64,000 bases of DNA from Octopus bimaculoides (GCF_001194135.2 NC_068986.1:71569890-71633889), one strand, 5' to 3'; positions 25,899 to 39,900 are shown, numbered from the stretch's first letter. Notes: generated by a model not told the origin, from the sequence alone. A program made the numbers and translations.

Positions 25899-28730
25899 GA
25901 CGGACTCTCTTGTCAAAGAAGACCGACCTATGAGTGTTCAGTGAGAAGACAGGAAACAAATCTAACCAAACGGACAATCAACATACATTACTATTACTAC
26001 TGTTTACTAATGTTTACAATTATTTAACTTCGCCTGGTGACTCCTCCTGTGAATCTTCAGGCCACCAAATGTAATATGAATATCAGCATCGTTTATTAAA
26101 CTAGCACGTGTTCTAACTGAGAAACAATAACATGGACAATGGTAGTTTGCGAGAAGGCTGTTGTTCTGTTGATTTATTTTCCTATTTTCCCGTAACAGCT
26201 CTTAATTAAGTACTCTTTGAGCTTCGAAATTTTGACGCTGGAAAAAGCACTCCTTCCTCCAGTTTGCACGGTATCTCGCAAGTTTCCCAAAATATTTAGA
26301 TGCTTCAAATTATCTTTCAATTTGTCCTTATTCCGCAGAATTAATCAGCCTACATTATGTTGCGAATTTACAGGCTGGCCATAAAACATTTGTTTCTGTA
26401 TTCGGCCACTATTCCTGTGAAGGACGTATCCACACTATCACAAATGATCTCACTAAATCACTCAACTTTGCATATTTGTCTAAGGCATCATATATGAAAG
26501 CTGTTCAGCGGACTGATGTTCCACACTTCTCCATATAAAAAAGTTGTTAGAACAACTAACTTATACACGTCTATGTTCGTACTTAATAATACATCGTAAG
26601 CATTCCAAAGTCGATCATAAAGCTTTCCAAAAACCGTACTGGCCTTACCAATACACGTTTGGAATTTCCTCTTGAGTTTAGCATTGCTTGTTACTGCATA
26701 ACCCAAATATGTGAAAGCATCAACGGTTTACAGAGCTTTGCCTTCAACAAATATGCTACACAAGATTTCCAGATTGTTACCAGCACCGGCTGATACAATA
26801 CTTCAATCTTTTTTATTCTTATATTTAAGCCAAAAGATCTGGCTGAAGTACTTGAGTTTACGGTCAATTAGGACACAATCATTTGCAAACAGTTAATCTC
26901 TTATTGTCTGAGATACACCTTTAGTCCTCGCTCTGAAATGCTGTTGGTTGAAGATGCCTTCTGCTGTACTACATTCATGAAACACACCTTTTTCTATCAG
27001 AAAGCACACAATCACGTATTACTGCAAATCATAGTGCAAATAATACTGGTGCCAAAACAGAACCCTGTTTTGTACCATTTTTAACATTAAAAGGCTGTGA
27101 CTGACTGCCATTTAAGAGAGCTGATGCTTTCATAATTTCATGTTGGGACAATATGACATTTAGCATTGGGTCGGAATCTTGAGCTTCCACAAAGCCTATC
27201 GATATATAGAGTTAAAGGCCTTTGTAAAATCAACAACACCACATATAGGTCTTTGTTATGCTTCTTCTGAACTTGTTGCAAACTGAACATCACAGCCACT
27301 GTCCCTCCACCTGACTTGAATCCACACTGACTCTCTGGATAGACAGAACCGACTAAGTCAGGGTTAATTCTGACTCTAGAGAGGATTTTTCCTGCAACAA
27401 AAAACAACGATATACCTTGATAATTGTTACATTCACACTTACTGTCATTATACTTATATAGATGTACTACTGTTGTATCTATATATTGTTAAGAGGCAGT
27501 TTCTATTTGCCACATTTGGTCTATAAGCTCCGTCAATTTCTCTATCGAAATATTTCTCTAGCTATACCATTCTCTCTTGGAGATTTTCCACTTGTCAATT
27601 GTTTTATGATCACTTCCACTTCATCCAAACATGGATCCAATGCAAGAGAGTAGATTACTAGTCTTTGGGAGATATTGATTGAGTTCATATCTACATTTGT
27701 ATTTGTCCTTTATACATCTTTAAAATGTTCTTTAAAATGTCATTTGAGTTCATTTTGCCAAGGCCGTGCTTACCAAGAATATTTAGCCAACAAAAGTAAT
27801 CTGATACAATACGGCCATTAAAATATCCCACGAGAAAATTTTTTATTTTGATTGGGTATTTGGTTCAGTAATATTCGTGAATCAGAGTACAATTTATCTT
27901 TAGCTGCATCTGCAGAACCAAGTATTCGTGTAGCATATTTTTCTAGGCCAAGTGGGTTTTGCAATAACATAGGACAATCATTAATTTCATTTGGTAAGGA
28001 TTCTAGTTTATGTATTATATTATTACTAATAGCGAAACCCACACCGGATTCCCCTTTTTTCTGCCTCAGATTTACCAATCCAGAAGGAAGTGTACCCCTT
28101 TAACTCCTTTATTGAGCTGACTAGAATCTGGTAGCCTCGTCTTCGAAAGAGCTATAAGTGCTGTTTTGCGCTCAGGATGTTTCTTGTGACCATGAAGTGT
28201 GCGTACTTTCCACGCTGTTATACTCATATCTATTTCGCGACCCTTTTCCTTTTGTCGTTTCATATGTTCTCGATTGTATAGGTGAAAGTTCAGTCATTCG
28301 CAGTTTAATGACATGATTGCGTGAGCAAGCAATTTTTAGGGTACCTTTTCTAACCCACACCCCACACAAGAGAAAGGAGTGTCATCGTAAATAGGCTGCT
28401 TTGTAGTTAGGAAGAGGACACGGACTGTGACATTGTTCACACAAGTTTCACAGAACGGTCATTTGCTTCTTCCCACCATACGTGCAAAACTCAAGCTAGA
28501 GACCTCCAGTAACCAGACTCCACCTATCCCCGTCACTATCACTTCATCACCGTAAGATTTGATTTGTCCTCATGTTGTCGCAGAACGACTTGCACTATGA
28601 GTTTGTTTAAACTGGAATTTGCTTGTGCAGGTCAAAACCCACACTCTCCACCTAGAAAGCAAATCAGGTCGCAGATCAAGTAGTGATGGTATGACTTGGT
28701 CAACTATTGAGGTGAGGGTTGGTGACCCAA
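25290..28730 (-). mobile_element. RTE-type LINE 2, decayed near-full-length copy with a C-terminal zinc-finger array
   Basis: APE: SITAWKVRTL...PERKTALIA, GVGFAISN. RT: AGKILSR...VYPESQCGFKSGGGTV.VMFSLQQ, IGKASTVFGKLYDRLW...VVLTTFLYG. C-terminus: KQMFYGQ...KDKLKDNLK, then zinc fingers at 25370-25649. An insertion interrupts it at 25713-26196. Ends approximate. Confidence 0.8.
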
Positions 28731-30456
28731 CACACATATAAACAGACATATAAAAAGTCTATAATATATTTAAAAAAACATATAGAAAGGAATATAAAAT
28801 GCCTTCTGTCCTTAGGGTCTGCCTTGAGGAGAGAGAGGGCAAATCATTGATGAGAGCAACGAAAGGACTTTCACAAACAAACAACCGATTGATTGTTTAA
28901 CCAACACATTAAACATATATTTAACTGTTTGTCAAACAAGAAATAAGTGATATTGAACCAGTGTGTATCTTTATTATTATTCGCATAATGACCGTCCCAG
29001 GACGCAACAAGATTGCTTCAACGCTGGAATTCACATCAAGACTCTTGCAAACCGAATGCAAAACGTTGTGAGTGAAAGGTTTAGAACAAGATCAAATTGA
29101 AAATGTCTATGATCTTCAGAATGCGTATGACAAATAAAGATATCAAAGAAGTTTATTCTCTTAGAAAGCAAGTTTACGACCCCTTCGCTACCTTTTTGTG
29201 TCCCCATTAAGGCTAATGATAGCAAACACAAAAGCTTCCAATAATTTCCATCGATAGAAATAATCCCTTCAAATGTTCTACATGTTACCAAGTTTGTCTT
29301 TCTAAATCTAATCTCGTTGCCACTAGAGTTTTTGTAAGACAAAGTAGGACTATAATAAGTCCACCACGTGAAAAAACATGAGTCTGCCAGTTATTTAATA
29401 TATCTTGTTTTTCTATCAGTGATCTTAATAAACACTGCCCGCCAAAGAACATCAATTGTGAGAATTCTTTGATGCATTTAACCGAGAAGGATCGTTTATA
29501 TGACACTTGTGGTATAAACTTCCTGAGAAAGAAAATTTGAAACATAAAGTAAAAAGCATACGACATACCATTACTGCTAAAGTAAATAAACGTGGCTCGA
29601 TTTGATTCGTTTGAAGCTTTGTTAAAAACTCATTACACATGGCATACAAGTTTTCTGTTCAGAGAAGCTTATGACTATAGAGTATACAAATTCTGACTGA
29701 ACAAAATTGGAAAGCTTCATTAGCATAATAGTGGAAACGGAGCAGCAAGAATGAATGAATTCTACACAAAACAGCATTTCGTTTTTCTTTTCTTGTTAGA
29801 ATAGATTCAAATTTAATGTTAATCTTACATATATAGACTTTTAGTAAACGACGAATTTTGCTTCGTTATAAAAAAGTCAAAGTACTGAAACCATACATTA
29901 ATGTTGCAGAAATAAGAAGTCCGTCTCTCTAGTTTCATGGTCTCTTCAGATATCGCTTATTCATTTTCTCCCCTCCGAGAAAAGAGTAGTTTATAGCTAT
30001 ATATAGTCTATACAAGCACAGAAGTAGTTAAGTACGCATAACCAATTTGCATAGCTGCGTAAATGGTGGGAGCGTGAATCAATAATTCACTATACCTTAG
30101 TAAAAACAAGCATGAGGAAAACGATTTACTTTTCGCAGCAAAGCAAAACTGCATGTTCAATAAAATTATACAAATATAGCTTGTATATACGCTCAGATGT
30201 TTATACAACGCAGACACGCACACACGCACGCATGAAAATATGTGTATGCATATATGCAAATGTAAGTGTGCGTGAAGGTCTGTGTGTAAATGTATATACA
30301 CAAATACACGTTCACACACAGAGGCACACACACACACACACACGTGCACACACATGAATGTACATATGTAGGGATGTAAAAAAAATCTATATTATACCTG
30401 ACGCAACATGTGTGTGCATATATATATATACATATATATATATATTTCTTTTCTTC

Positions 30457-30860
30457 CTTTTACTTGCTTTAGACACTTGGCTGCAGCGATGCTGGAGCAC
30501 CGACTTTAGTCGAAATAATCGCCCCCAGGACTTATTCTTTGTAAGCCAAGTACTTATTCTATCGGATCCTTTTGCCGAACCGCTAAGTTACGGGGACTTA
30601 AATACGCCAACATCGGTTGTCAGGCGTCGGTCGGGGGGACAAACACAGACATACAAATACATGCGCACATACACACACACACACACCTATATATATACGA
30701 CGAGCTTCTTTCAGTTTCCGTCTACCAATCTACTCACAAGGTTTTGGTCGGCCCACGGTTACAGTAGAAGATACTTGTCCAAGGTGCCACGGTATGGGAC
30801 TGAACCCGGAACCATGTGGTTGGCAAGCAAGCTTCTTACCACGCAGCCGCTCCTACGCCT
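30457..30860 (-). mobile_element. tRNA-derived SINE family B, full length (CORE-like accttggacaagt motif)
   Basis: Reverse complement begins aggcgtaggagcggctgcgtggtaagaagcttgc...gggttcagtcccatacc.tggcaccttggacaagtatctt, has an internal (AT/GT) microsatellite and ends ...gctccagcatcgctgcagccaagtgtctaaagcaagtaaaag. Confidence 0.9.
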
Positions 30861-31479
30861 ATATAATTAGATTTTGATTTAGCAACAGCTCTAATAGTGT
30901 AAACATATTTAATATTACATATTTTGTGTAAGTTGATTTGTTATTGCCCACAAGGGGCCGACATAGAGGGGACAAACACACATGCGGGGAAATTAACACG
31001 TGAAAAATGAATAAAATGAAATTATACAATGAAGGTGAAACGGTCACCCCCGCCCCACTCCGGGATAGTTATGTGATTTTAATTATTTCAAACAAAGAGT
31101 CTTTAACAGTTCTTTAAAAATAATCTCAACTTACCACTTTATGTCACTTTTAATGTCATCATAATTTACCACTGGAACGCTGGGTTCAATACTAACCTCG
31201 GACGCCAGTGGATTTACATCTGAAGGAAAAGCTTCTTTCAGAGTTCTATATTTTCCTTCCTCCATCAGAATACATCTCATATCCTTATCATATTCCTCTG
31301 AAAGATTCACCCTAATAATCCCTTTCATATTCGTTATTTTCCTCTTCAGTTTTTGGGCCGTATGATATGTCACTAAAAAGATTTTGTTTCTCTGTACGCC
31401 TTGTGTGTCTGCGTGTTGTGTCTGTGCTTTTAGGTTTCTGTAACTCTGTGTTATCATGTATGTGTCTGTCTGTCTATAT

Positions 31480-32670
31480 TTCTATGTGTCTGTATGTCTG
31501 TGTGTTTATGTGTCTGTGAATCTGTGTGTTTATGTGTCTGTAAGTCTGTATGTTTGCTTGGCCTTACTGTTCTGCTTGTAGCATTTTTCTTCGGTGATCC
31601 CAAGGGCGTACTGCTTCTACTTCTCGCTGTTGGTTGGTCCACTTCCTCCTGTACATTATGTTTCTTCTGTTGTTGCTCTGTTTAAGGTGGTGAACTCCTC
31701 TCTTTCTTCCTTGTTTTGGTCTCCATAAACTGTGTTCTTTTCCACTTCCTGTGTCCTCCTCTCCACTTCCATTACGCCTTCTTGTGTTTCTATTTCTGTG
31801 GTTTCCATCGTTTGTTTTTTGACACCTTCTTTTAATGTGCCCCTTCACTCCACACTGATGACACGTCGGAGGCCTCCACTCTAACATTACATCTAGTTTG
31901 TCCTCATTGGGCAGCTCCAATATTTCTGGTATTGCTTCGTACTCTTTCTGATTCGCCATAAAAATTATCTCTATCTCATACCCCCAACAATTTACTTGTT
32001 GGATCCGGTTTATCAGAATTACTTTCACCTCCTCGTTGTCTCCTTCCTCTCTTGCGATGAAAATTGCAGCTATTATCCATTCTGAATCAATTCTAGGTGG
32101 GATCCTGCCCACCTTAATTCTGGTAACTCGTTTACCCAGGTAAGTGGGCAGGTGTGTCCATTTTCCCCCATGTAGCACCTTAGTGGAGTGTCTTTTTGCC
32201 TCCTCTTCTGAGACAAAGGTAACCACCACTTAATCGTAACTTTTCCTCTGGTATAAAACGTTATACTTTCCTTTAATTTTTCCAGACATTCGCCCACCTC
32301 CTCCTGCGTTGTATTCTCGAGCCCCTTACTTTTTTTTGAAAATGTTCTGTAAATTATCACTTTGCTTTCCATCTTCACCTTGTCTTCCTCTGGTGGGGTC
32401 AACTTTGTTTTCGACCCTACCTCTTTACCATATGTTGATATTTCCGGAGCAGGTCCAAATTATGTTCCAGCATATCCGGGACGACAGAACCCTAACTTCC
32501 CGTTGCTGCCGCGTAGCTCTTCATTTCACTATTCCGTCACAGGCCATCAAATGATGATGGCGCCATACACAAAAAACTGCTGCAAAGCAGCACAACAAAA
32601 TTCTCAGCACAAAACAATCCTCAGTACAAGACGATACTCACAAAGCACTTCGCGACTGCGGTATGTTGTC
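31480..32670 (-). mobile_element. L1/Tx1-type LINE 5' part: ORF1 remnant with a CCHC zinc knuckle
   Basis: ORF 31564-32229 contains PTYLGKRVTRIKVGRIPP and RPPTCHQCGVKGHIKRRC (Cx2Cx4Hx4C at 31822-31863). A frameshifted N-terminal part lies in 32073-32402. Confidence 0.75.
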
Positions 32671-33526
32671 ACTAGAAAAATCCCTTTAAGAGGCCGAGTG
32701 TTAAAAAGCACTGTATATCTCAAAACCAGGTATCTGGAATTGCCGCGTAGGTGGATATCTATATTTCGCAGTTATCTCAACTCACTTGAGTAACACTCGA
32801 AACGATTTCGAATCGCAGGTTCGAAGCGTAAAACCTATCAACTGATAGATTTGACTTATTGCGTGAACCTTCGTATTTTTCTTTTCGTACTTTTCTCATG
32901 TTTTCTCCTAAACCTGCAGTTTGTTTTTCAAATACGTTTAACGGTACGCAATTAGCCAGAGAGATTGTTGGGAGATACATGGTATGTTATAGAAACCTGC
33001 CTAATTATTGTTTCTCTACAGCAAGAAATTATAAATAGCTCTATTTTAAATTCGGTGTATGAGTGGATTTGGTAGACGGAAACGAAAAGAAATCGGTCGT
33101 TGCAGATGTGGCTGAGTGGTAAAAATCACATGGTACCGGGTTTGGAAATCGTCCACATGGGTATATAGAAGAGAGAGGAGAAAGAGAGAAAAGAAAAAAA
33201 TGGGATAATTGTGGGAAAGAATGTAAAATAAGCGAATGTAAAATAAGATAAAAAAAAAGAAGATAAAGATAAAGACAAGATGCCAGTGTTATTTCTCGTA
33301 AGGGTCGGTTCGGGGTGAGAGGTCAGACATTAAGGTTTTGTCCTGCTTTAGGGTTTTTTTTTGTCATTTTTGCTCTAATATGGTATGTACCTGCTAACTT
33401 GGAAGCCTAATGCGGATACCTAGCTCCAGCCTCAGCAGTGAACTTGGAACCTAACGGATGACCAATTATTATAGCATTTACTCAGCGTTTAGATCACCAG
33501 TGAACTAAACTCCTCATACTCTTTAG

Positions 33527-33565
<39 letters not shown>

Positions 33566-33589
33566 TATATATGTGTGTGCATGTATATA

Positions 33590-33780
33590 TGCATATGTGT
33601 GTGTGTGTCTGTGTTTGTCCCATCAGCATCGCTTGACAACCGATGCTGGTGGGTTCACGACCTCGCAACTTAGCGGTTAGGATTACAAAGAATAAGTCCT
33701 GTGATTGATTTCTTCGACTAAAAATCCCATTAAGGCGGTGCTCCAGCATGGCCGCAGTTAAATGACTGAAACAAGTAAAA

Positions 33781-33785
<5 letters not shown>
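33590..33785 (+). mobile_element. SINE family B, 3' half
   Basis: Contains gtgtctgtgtttgtccc...cgcttgacaaccgatgctggtg...ggcggtgctccagcatggccgcagttaaatgactgaaacaagtaaaag. Confidence 0.85.
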
Positions 33786-33871
<86 letters not shown>

Positions 33872-33895
33872 CGTGATCTGATAAATAAGTGTCTC

Positions 33896-34387
33896 TTGCC
33901 ATTGTAACGAAGCTAAAGCACGTAGAGTAAAGCCGCCTGGCACAGATTGACCGTCAACTCGGCTGTGTATGCGCACTAAGTTTTAACGTTCTAGCTCACT
34001 TCAGCTGGAAACAAGGTGTGTAGTGTGTGATCGTCGCATTGACCATGACAAATCTGAGTAGGGAATCTGCTCAGAGACCTACGCAAATTTTTCAAAAAGT
34101 TTTCTTCTTTCTCGACACTTTCAATGAGATTTTGTGCCACTGATCTCTATACATTCCTCTCAATATACTTTCTGCAACATTGCGTAGGCCTCGGAGCGGG
34201 TATCACCATGACAACTTTGTCGTGGTCAATACGACGATCACGCGCTATATAGTTCCTTCCAAGCACTGCTGTAAACAGCGGAAGTGAACTAGAACGTTGA
34301 AACTTAGAATGCATACACAGAAGAGTCCAAGGTCAGTCATTCCCAAGTAGCTTCACTCTGCGTGCTTTACCTTCATTACTATGGCAA
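33896..34387. repeat. Foldback element with ~190-210 bp imperfect inverted arms
   Basis: 33896-34086 is the diverged reverse complement of 34180-34387 (ttgccattgtaacgaagctaaagcacg vs cgtgctttaccttcattactatggcaa). Spacer is 93 bp. Confidence 0.9.
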
Positions 34388-34436
34388 CGATCCGGTTACT
34401 TATTGATCAAATCTCATATATATATGTGTGTGCATG

Positions 34437-34572
<136 letters not shown>

Positions 34573-35098
34573 TGTATGTAATTATACATATATAAATGTA
34601 TATGTGCATGTGCGTTCTGTATTGGGTATGTGAATTACAATACATATTCTTGGGATGGCCATTAATAAACCTGTGCATTGATTGTATTACATTTTTCATT
34701 GTCATAAATGAACTAGATAACCAAATAACCAATTAACCAGTTAATTAAACGATTACCTGATTAATCGTTTTATCAATCTTTGATTCAGCTCGTTTGTCAA
34801 ATTCTTTTCAGCACCATTCGATATGACAAACTTGCATTAACTAGGTCAGACTCGTTCTGTCACAGCATGCGAAAAGAGTCTGATAAGGAAATGTTTCTGA
34901 CAAAGCAGGCTGTTGAGTGCTCGAATGATAAATCAAGCAAACGAATAAGTTTGAGGTTTTATATTTAACTAGCTGACTAATAATTGCAAACAAAGTAAAA
35001 TAACCCGTGTATTTATTTCTTAAATTAGGAAACAGCATAACGCTACACATCTGCTTCAACACAGGATTTCACAAGAAGATCGGCAATATTTCTATATA

Positions 35099-35320
35099 CA
35101 GTAATCCCTGGCCATATCACGGTTCACTTATCGCGGTTTATTATTTGAGCTTACGTCAATTCCTCTGTGGTGTCGTTTTGCATTTATAATAAAATAAATT
35201 TATACAAATTATAAAATAATAAAAAAATAAATACTGTACAGTACGGTTTCTACTTCGCAGATTTTCACCTATCGCGGAGGTTTTGGGAACGTAACACCCG
35301 CAATAGTCGAGGGATTACTG
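35099..35320. mobile_element. pogo/Tigger-like MITE
   Basis: TIR CAGTAATCCCT...AGGGATTACTG with TA on both sides (35097-35098, 35321-35322). Confidence 0.85.
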
Positions 35321-35389
35321 TATATGTGTGTGTGTATGTCTCCCTCTCTCTCTCTCTCTCGTTCTCTCTCTCTCGTTCTCTCTCTCTCC

Positions 35390-35467
<78 letters not shown>

Positions 35468-35670
35468 NNNNNNNNNNNNNNNNNNNNNNNNNNNNNNNNN
35501 NNNNNNNNNNNNNNNNNNNNNNNNNNNNNNNNNNNNNNNNNNNNNNNNNNNNNNNNNNNNNNNNNNNNNNNNNNNNNNNNNNNNNNNNNNNNNNNNNNNN
35601 NNNNNNNNNNNNNNNNNNNNNNNNNNNNNNNNNNNNNNNNNNNNNNNNNNNNNNNNNNNNNNNNNNNNNN

Positions 35671-35704
<34 letters not shown>

Positions 35705-35705
<1 letters not shown>

Positions 35706-35875
35706 GCATATATATACGACAGGCTTCTTTCAGTTTCCAAACCCACCCAGAAGGCTTTGGTTGGCCCGAGGTTACAGTAGAAGACACTTGCCCAAGGTAT
35801 CACCGATTGGAACTGAACCTGGAACCATGTGGTTGGGAAGTAAGCTTCTTGCCACGCAGCCGCTCCTGCGCCTAT
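35705..35875 (-). mobile_element. SINE family B, 5' half
   Basis: Contains tacgacaggcttctttcagtttcc...gaagacacttgcccaaggt...gaacctggaaccatgtggttg...cagccgctcctgcgcct. Confidence 0.85.
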
Positions 35876-36253
35876 ACATACATACATACATACATACATA
35901 CACACACATACACGTGTGTGTGTGTGTGTGTGGGGTGTCTGTGTGTGTGTGTGTACGTATCAGGATACTTAGTTGCATATAACAAATATACCTTGATACA
36001 TATTCGGACGAATATTTGGTTAGAAAAAGTTAAACGCCAGCAAGTCAGATGTCAATGTATAGATAGATATAAACCTCTAAAACCCATATAATTGTTAGCT
36101 CAACGTGACCGCAGTCCATATGATGAAACCAAAGGAAGAAACATTTAAGTATGTGTGCTTGTATGTATGTACTCGTATGCACGTGTGCATTTATATGTAT
36201 ATGCATATTTACACACACACACACTCACACGCACACACACATATATATATATG

Positions 36254-36312
<59 letters not shown>

Positions 36313-36510
36313 GATACCAGGAAACCCCAAAATGGCTGAAGTTCAAAAGATAGTGCTCATGGGAACTGCCCATATCCTACGTAAAATACTGTCTATGTGA
36401 TCTCAAATTTTAAAACAAACACAATTTTCTTATGATTTCTTAAACATTCACTAGAACAACCCTATGTACAAATCCAAATATATGGTACTCTAGGCATAAC
36501 ACCTACATGA
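36313..36510 (+). mobile_element. R4/Dong-like LINE 3' end (second subfamily) directly after (AAT)n
   Basis: Reads IPGNPKMAEVQKIVLMGTAHILRKILSM*, homologous to ..IQKIALLGTAHILRKTLSIQ* at 42150-42219 but with a different 3' UTR. Confidence 0.8.
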
Positions 36511-36539
36511 ACTTCTGGATATCCTTGTTGCTTATTTTG

Positions 36540-36582
<43 letters not shown>

Positions 36583-37500
36583 GTGGGGGTTACACGTGTT
36601 TAGTGCAATTCTTTGGTATGTACTATTGGAATAGGCATAATACAATTTAGCTAAAAACAGACAACTTTTGTTATGAAATGAATTAAGCGCATGTTTTATC
36701 TATGATTACAATAGAGAAGATAAACGGATTAATGTAGACGAGGATTATTTTCAGAAAAGATCATGGGAAAAAGAATTTCTAAATAAATTTTACACCTATT
36801 ATCATCAATAAATTGAGTGACTATTCGTAGTTTAAGAATTGTGACAAAACATCTTTCATATAACATTTTTCAAAACATTTCTACATAAGAAAGGTTAATA
36901 GAAAATTGTAAGGCAAATAGCGTAAGTTGCATGCTGCAACGTTTCTTTCTTTCAGACTAAGACCCTTGACATTTATCTTGATGCATAATGTTGACAAGTT
37001 ATGGAAGCGATTCAATAGATTACTCATCAGCCGAGAATTCTGACAAAAGAACTTTACAATCGATTTTTTTTCCTCCTGCAGCCTGCTACGAATTGCATCA
37101 TAGTACAATCCAGACAAGAAATCTGTGTATTCTAAGTTGTGGCTAAGAAAGCAGATTGGTTAGTTAAACTCATGAATAATATAGTGTCAATGAAGTATAT
37201 AAATGTTAGAATGTATATTGTAAAACAAGAATATGATAATGCATTTAGATATATTTTAGCTATTTGATTCTTTACACAGTGAATGCGTCCTGCCATGTTG
37301 TATCGTTGTTTTTAGTTTTTAATTTATGCTTATGCAAATACATTAGCAGCGTTGCAGAAATAAATCATAGCATAAATGCATCCAAATCCTGTTAAACTGA
37401 CATGTGTTAGCTTTGTTCATCATTTTCAGTCGAGCATATAATTACATGTGGTCTGAATGATTATTATCCTGGATAACATATGGTGTTTATATATGTTGTT

Positions 37501-38165
37501 AATATTGGTTTCAAATTTTGGCATTAGGCCAGAAAATTCGGGCGAGTGAGTAAGTCGATTACATCGACTCCACTTCTCAGCTAGTACTTGTTTTATCGAC
37601 CACGAAAGGATGAAAGGCGAAGTCGACCTCCGAAGAATTTAAACTCAGCACGTAAAGATGGACGAAATGTCGCAAAGCATTTTATCCGCCATGCCAACGA
37701 TTCTGTCAGCCACCTTATCACTATTATTGATATATCATTAATGTTAGTAATATTAAAATCCTCAATAGTGGCGAGGCGGCAGAATCGTTAGCACGCCGGG
37801 CAAAATGCTTAGTGGCATTTCCTCCGTTCTTTCGTTCTAAGTTCAAATTCCGCCGAGGTCGACTTTGCCTTACAACTCTTTGTGGTCGATAATATAAGTA
37901 CCAGCTGAGCCACTGAGCCGATGTAATCGACCTACTCCCACCCCCGAAATTACCCTAAAAAGCGCGGCGAGCAGGCAGAAACATTAGCAAGGCAGGCAAA
38001 ATGCTTAGTTGCATTTCATCCGTTCTTACATTCTAAGTTCAAATTACACCGAGGTCAGCTTTGCTTTTCATCCTTTTGTGGTTGATAAAATAAGTACCAG
38101 TTGACCAATGTAATCGATTTAACCCTCCCCATATGGCTGGCCTTGTGCCAAAATTTGAAACCAGT
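37501..38165. mobile_element. Cluster of three SINE family A copies (minus, plus, plus)
   Basis: Approximate spans: 37501-37716 (-), 37766-37955 (+), 37963-38165 (+). Each has the family A head and/or the gtcgat...gtaccag...gtcgat domain. Confidence 0.85.
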
Positions 38166-38239
38166 CTTAGAACCCTCAATATGGATAAAGTAGAGATTAA
38201 AATCATAGAAAGAGAAACAAAAACAAAAAATAGGTGAAG

Positions 38240-38612
38240 GCATGGCTGTGAGTGGATTTGGTAGACGGAAACTAAAAGAAGCCCATCGTGTGTATATATA
38301 TATATATATATNNNNNNNNNNNNNNNNNNNNNNNNNNNNNNNNNNNNNNNNNNNNNNNNNNNNNNNNNNNNNNNNNNNNNNNNNNNNNNNNNNNNNNNNN
38401 NNNNNNNNNNNNNNNNNNNNNNNNNNNNNNNNNNNNNNNNNNNNNNNNNNNNNNNNNNNNNNNNNNNNNNNNNNNNNNNNATATATATTCACGATAGAAT
38501 AAGTACTAGGCTTGCAAAGAATAAGTCCTGGGATTGATTTCTTTGACTAAAATCTTTTAAGGCGGCGCTCCAGCATGGCCGCAGTCATATGACTGAAAGA
38601 AGTAAAAGAATA
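38240..38612 (+). mobile_element. SINE family B spanning an N-gap
   Basis: gtgagtggatttggtagacggaaactaaaagaagcccatcg lies before the gap and gatagaataagtactaggcttgcaaagaataagtcc...gactgaaagaagtaaaag after it. Confidence 0.8.
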
Positions 38613-39818
38613 AAAAAACAAATGAATATATAATTGACACATGAATATATTTATAAACGAATTAGATTCAAACATTCAAAACTTAAATTATGCTTTTGAC
38701 AATTACCCTAACTGTTAAAAAAGTGTCAGAATTTACAGTGGTGAATCTATGAATGTACCGGAGATAAACCTCTGTTGCATTCCATTTTGTATGCTTGATA
38801 CGAAAAATATTCCAGTTTTTCAGTAGTTGAACAAGTACAATGGCATTCAGTTTTACATAGAATTTGAACTAAATAAATTTGAATGTGGATATTCTTTTCT
38901 TTTATTTGTTTCAGTCATTTGACTGCAGCCATGCTGGAGCACCGCCTTTAGCCGAGCAAATCGACACCAGGACTTATTATATAATAATATTTTAATTTTT
39001 TTTTATTTGTCACAAGGCTAAATTCATTAATACAATAAAACGTACAAAACATTTGGCAATAAATAAGAGAAAGCTAGATAAAAACCAAGCGAGGGTAAAG
39101 ACGTTGCATGATATATGAAGAGGTGGTAATGTTCTGTTAAGTCATTTAAAAATGTTAAAGGAACAGAAACACACGCACACATATACACACACATACATAT
39201 ATAGATATGTGTATGTATGTATATATATATATGCATATAGGCGCTACTGGTAACATGTAACCCAGTACAACCTGTTGCATGGTTGGGTCGCCGGCGACTA
39301 AACTGGCTACCCCATCAAGCTTGTTTGCTGATGAGGGTGATTGTCGGATAGCCTGCAGGATGAAAAAGGGACCTGTGAAAAGGTGGAAGATCATAAGCAT
39401 TCAACGGCCATCCAGCAATATGTTTACATGTGTGTCTGTGTGTGTGTGTGTATGCATGTAAGTATATAAGCGCGGGGACGTGGAAATACCTGGGTTGGTG
39501 TCCAGGCACACGGCTGGCCCACTGGGAATGTGAGGTCCTTCTTTTGTTGTCACATCTCTCTAGGAGAAGGAAACTCTGAGAGAAAACCTGTGGCTCTGAC
39601 AATATTCGATTATGTATACCAGTTCTTCTTTTCGAGTTTATATTGTCCATGTTCAGAGAGTGAGATTGGATTTGTTCAAATCCTTTCCCCACTATAAAAG
39701 AATCATCATTCATCGCTTGAAAATAAAAGTAAGATCTATCACATAAATGGCTGGTTGAAGCTTCACATGTGTGGGACTTTCGATCGGGCGAACTTGAGTT
39801 TGCACCCTAACCCTAATA

Positions 39819-39900
39819 TATTTCCTATACTGTAGTGAAACACGTGTAACAAGGAATTAAAAATGTACAAAATTTGCCAGCTTTTGTTTTAATATATACA

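Noticed and set aside
25542-26027. YI/HT/CV/LS-repeat ORFs here and throughout the window
   Set aside because: These are translations of (AT)n, (AC)n, (AG)n and (AAT)n. The only real coding signal here is the LINE zinc-finger part reported separately.
36940-37160. Two polypyrimidine-AG acceptor-like sites
   Set aside because: All downstream frames close quickly and resemble no known protein.
39315-39713. 132-aa minus-strand ORF
   Set aside because: It crosses a microsatellite and repeat-like sequence and has no recognisable motif.
39805-39816. ccctaaccctaa telomere-like repeat
   Set aside because: Only two units; expected by chance.
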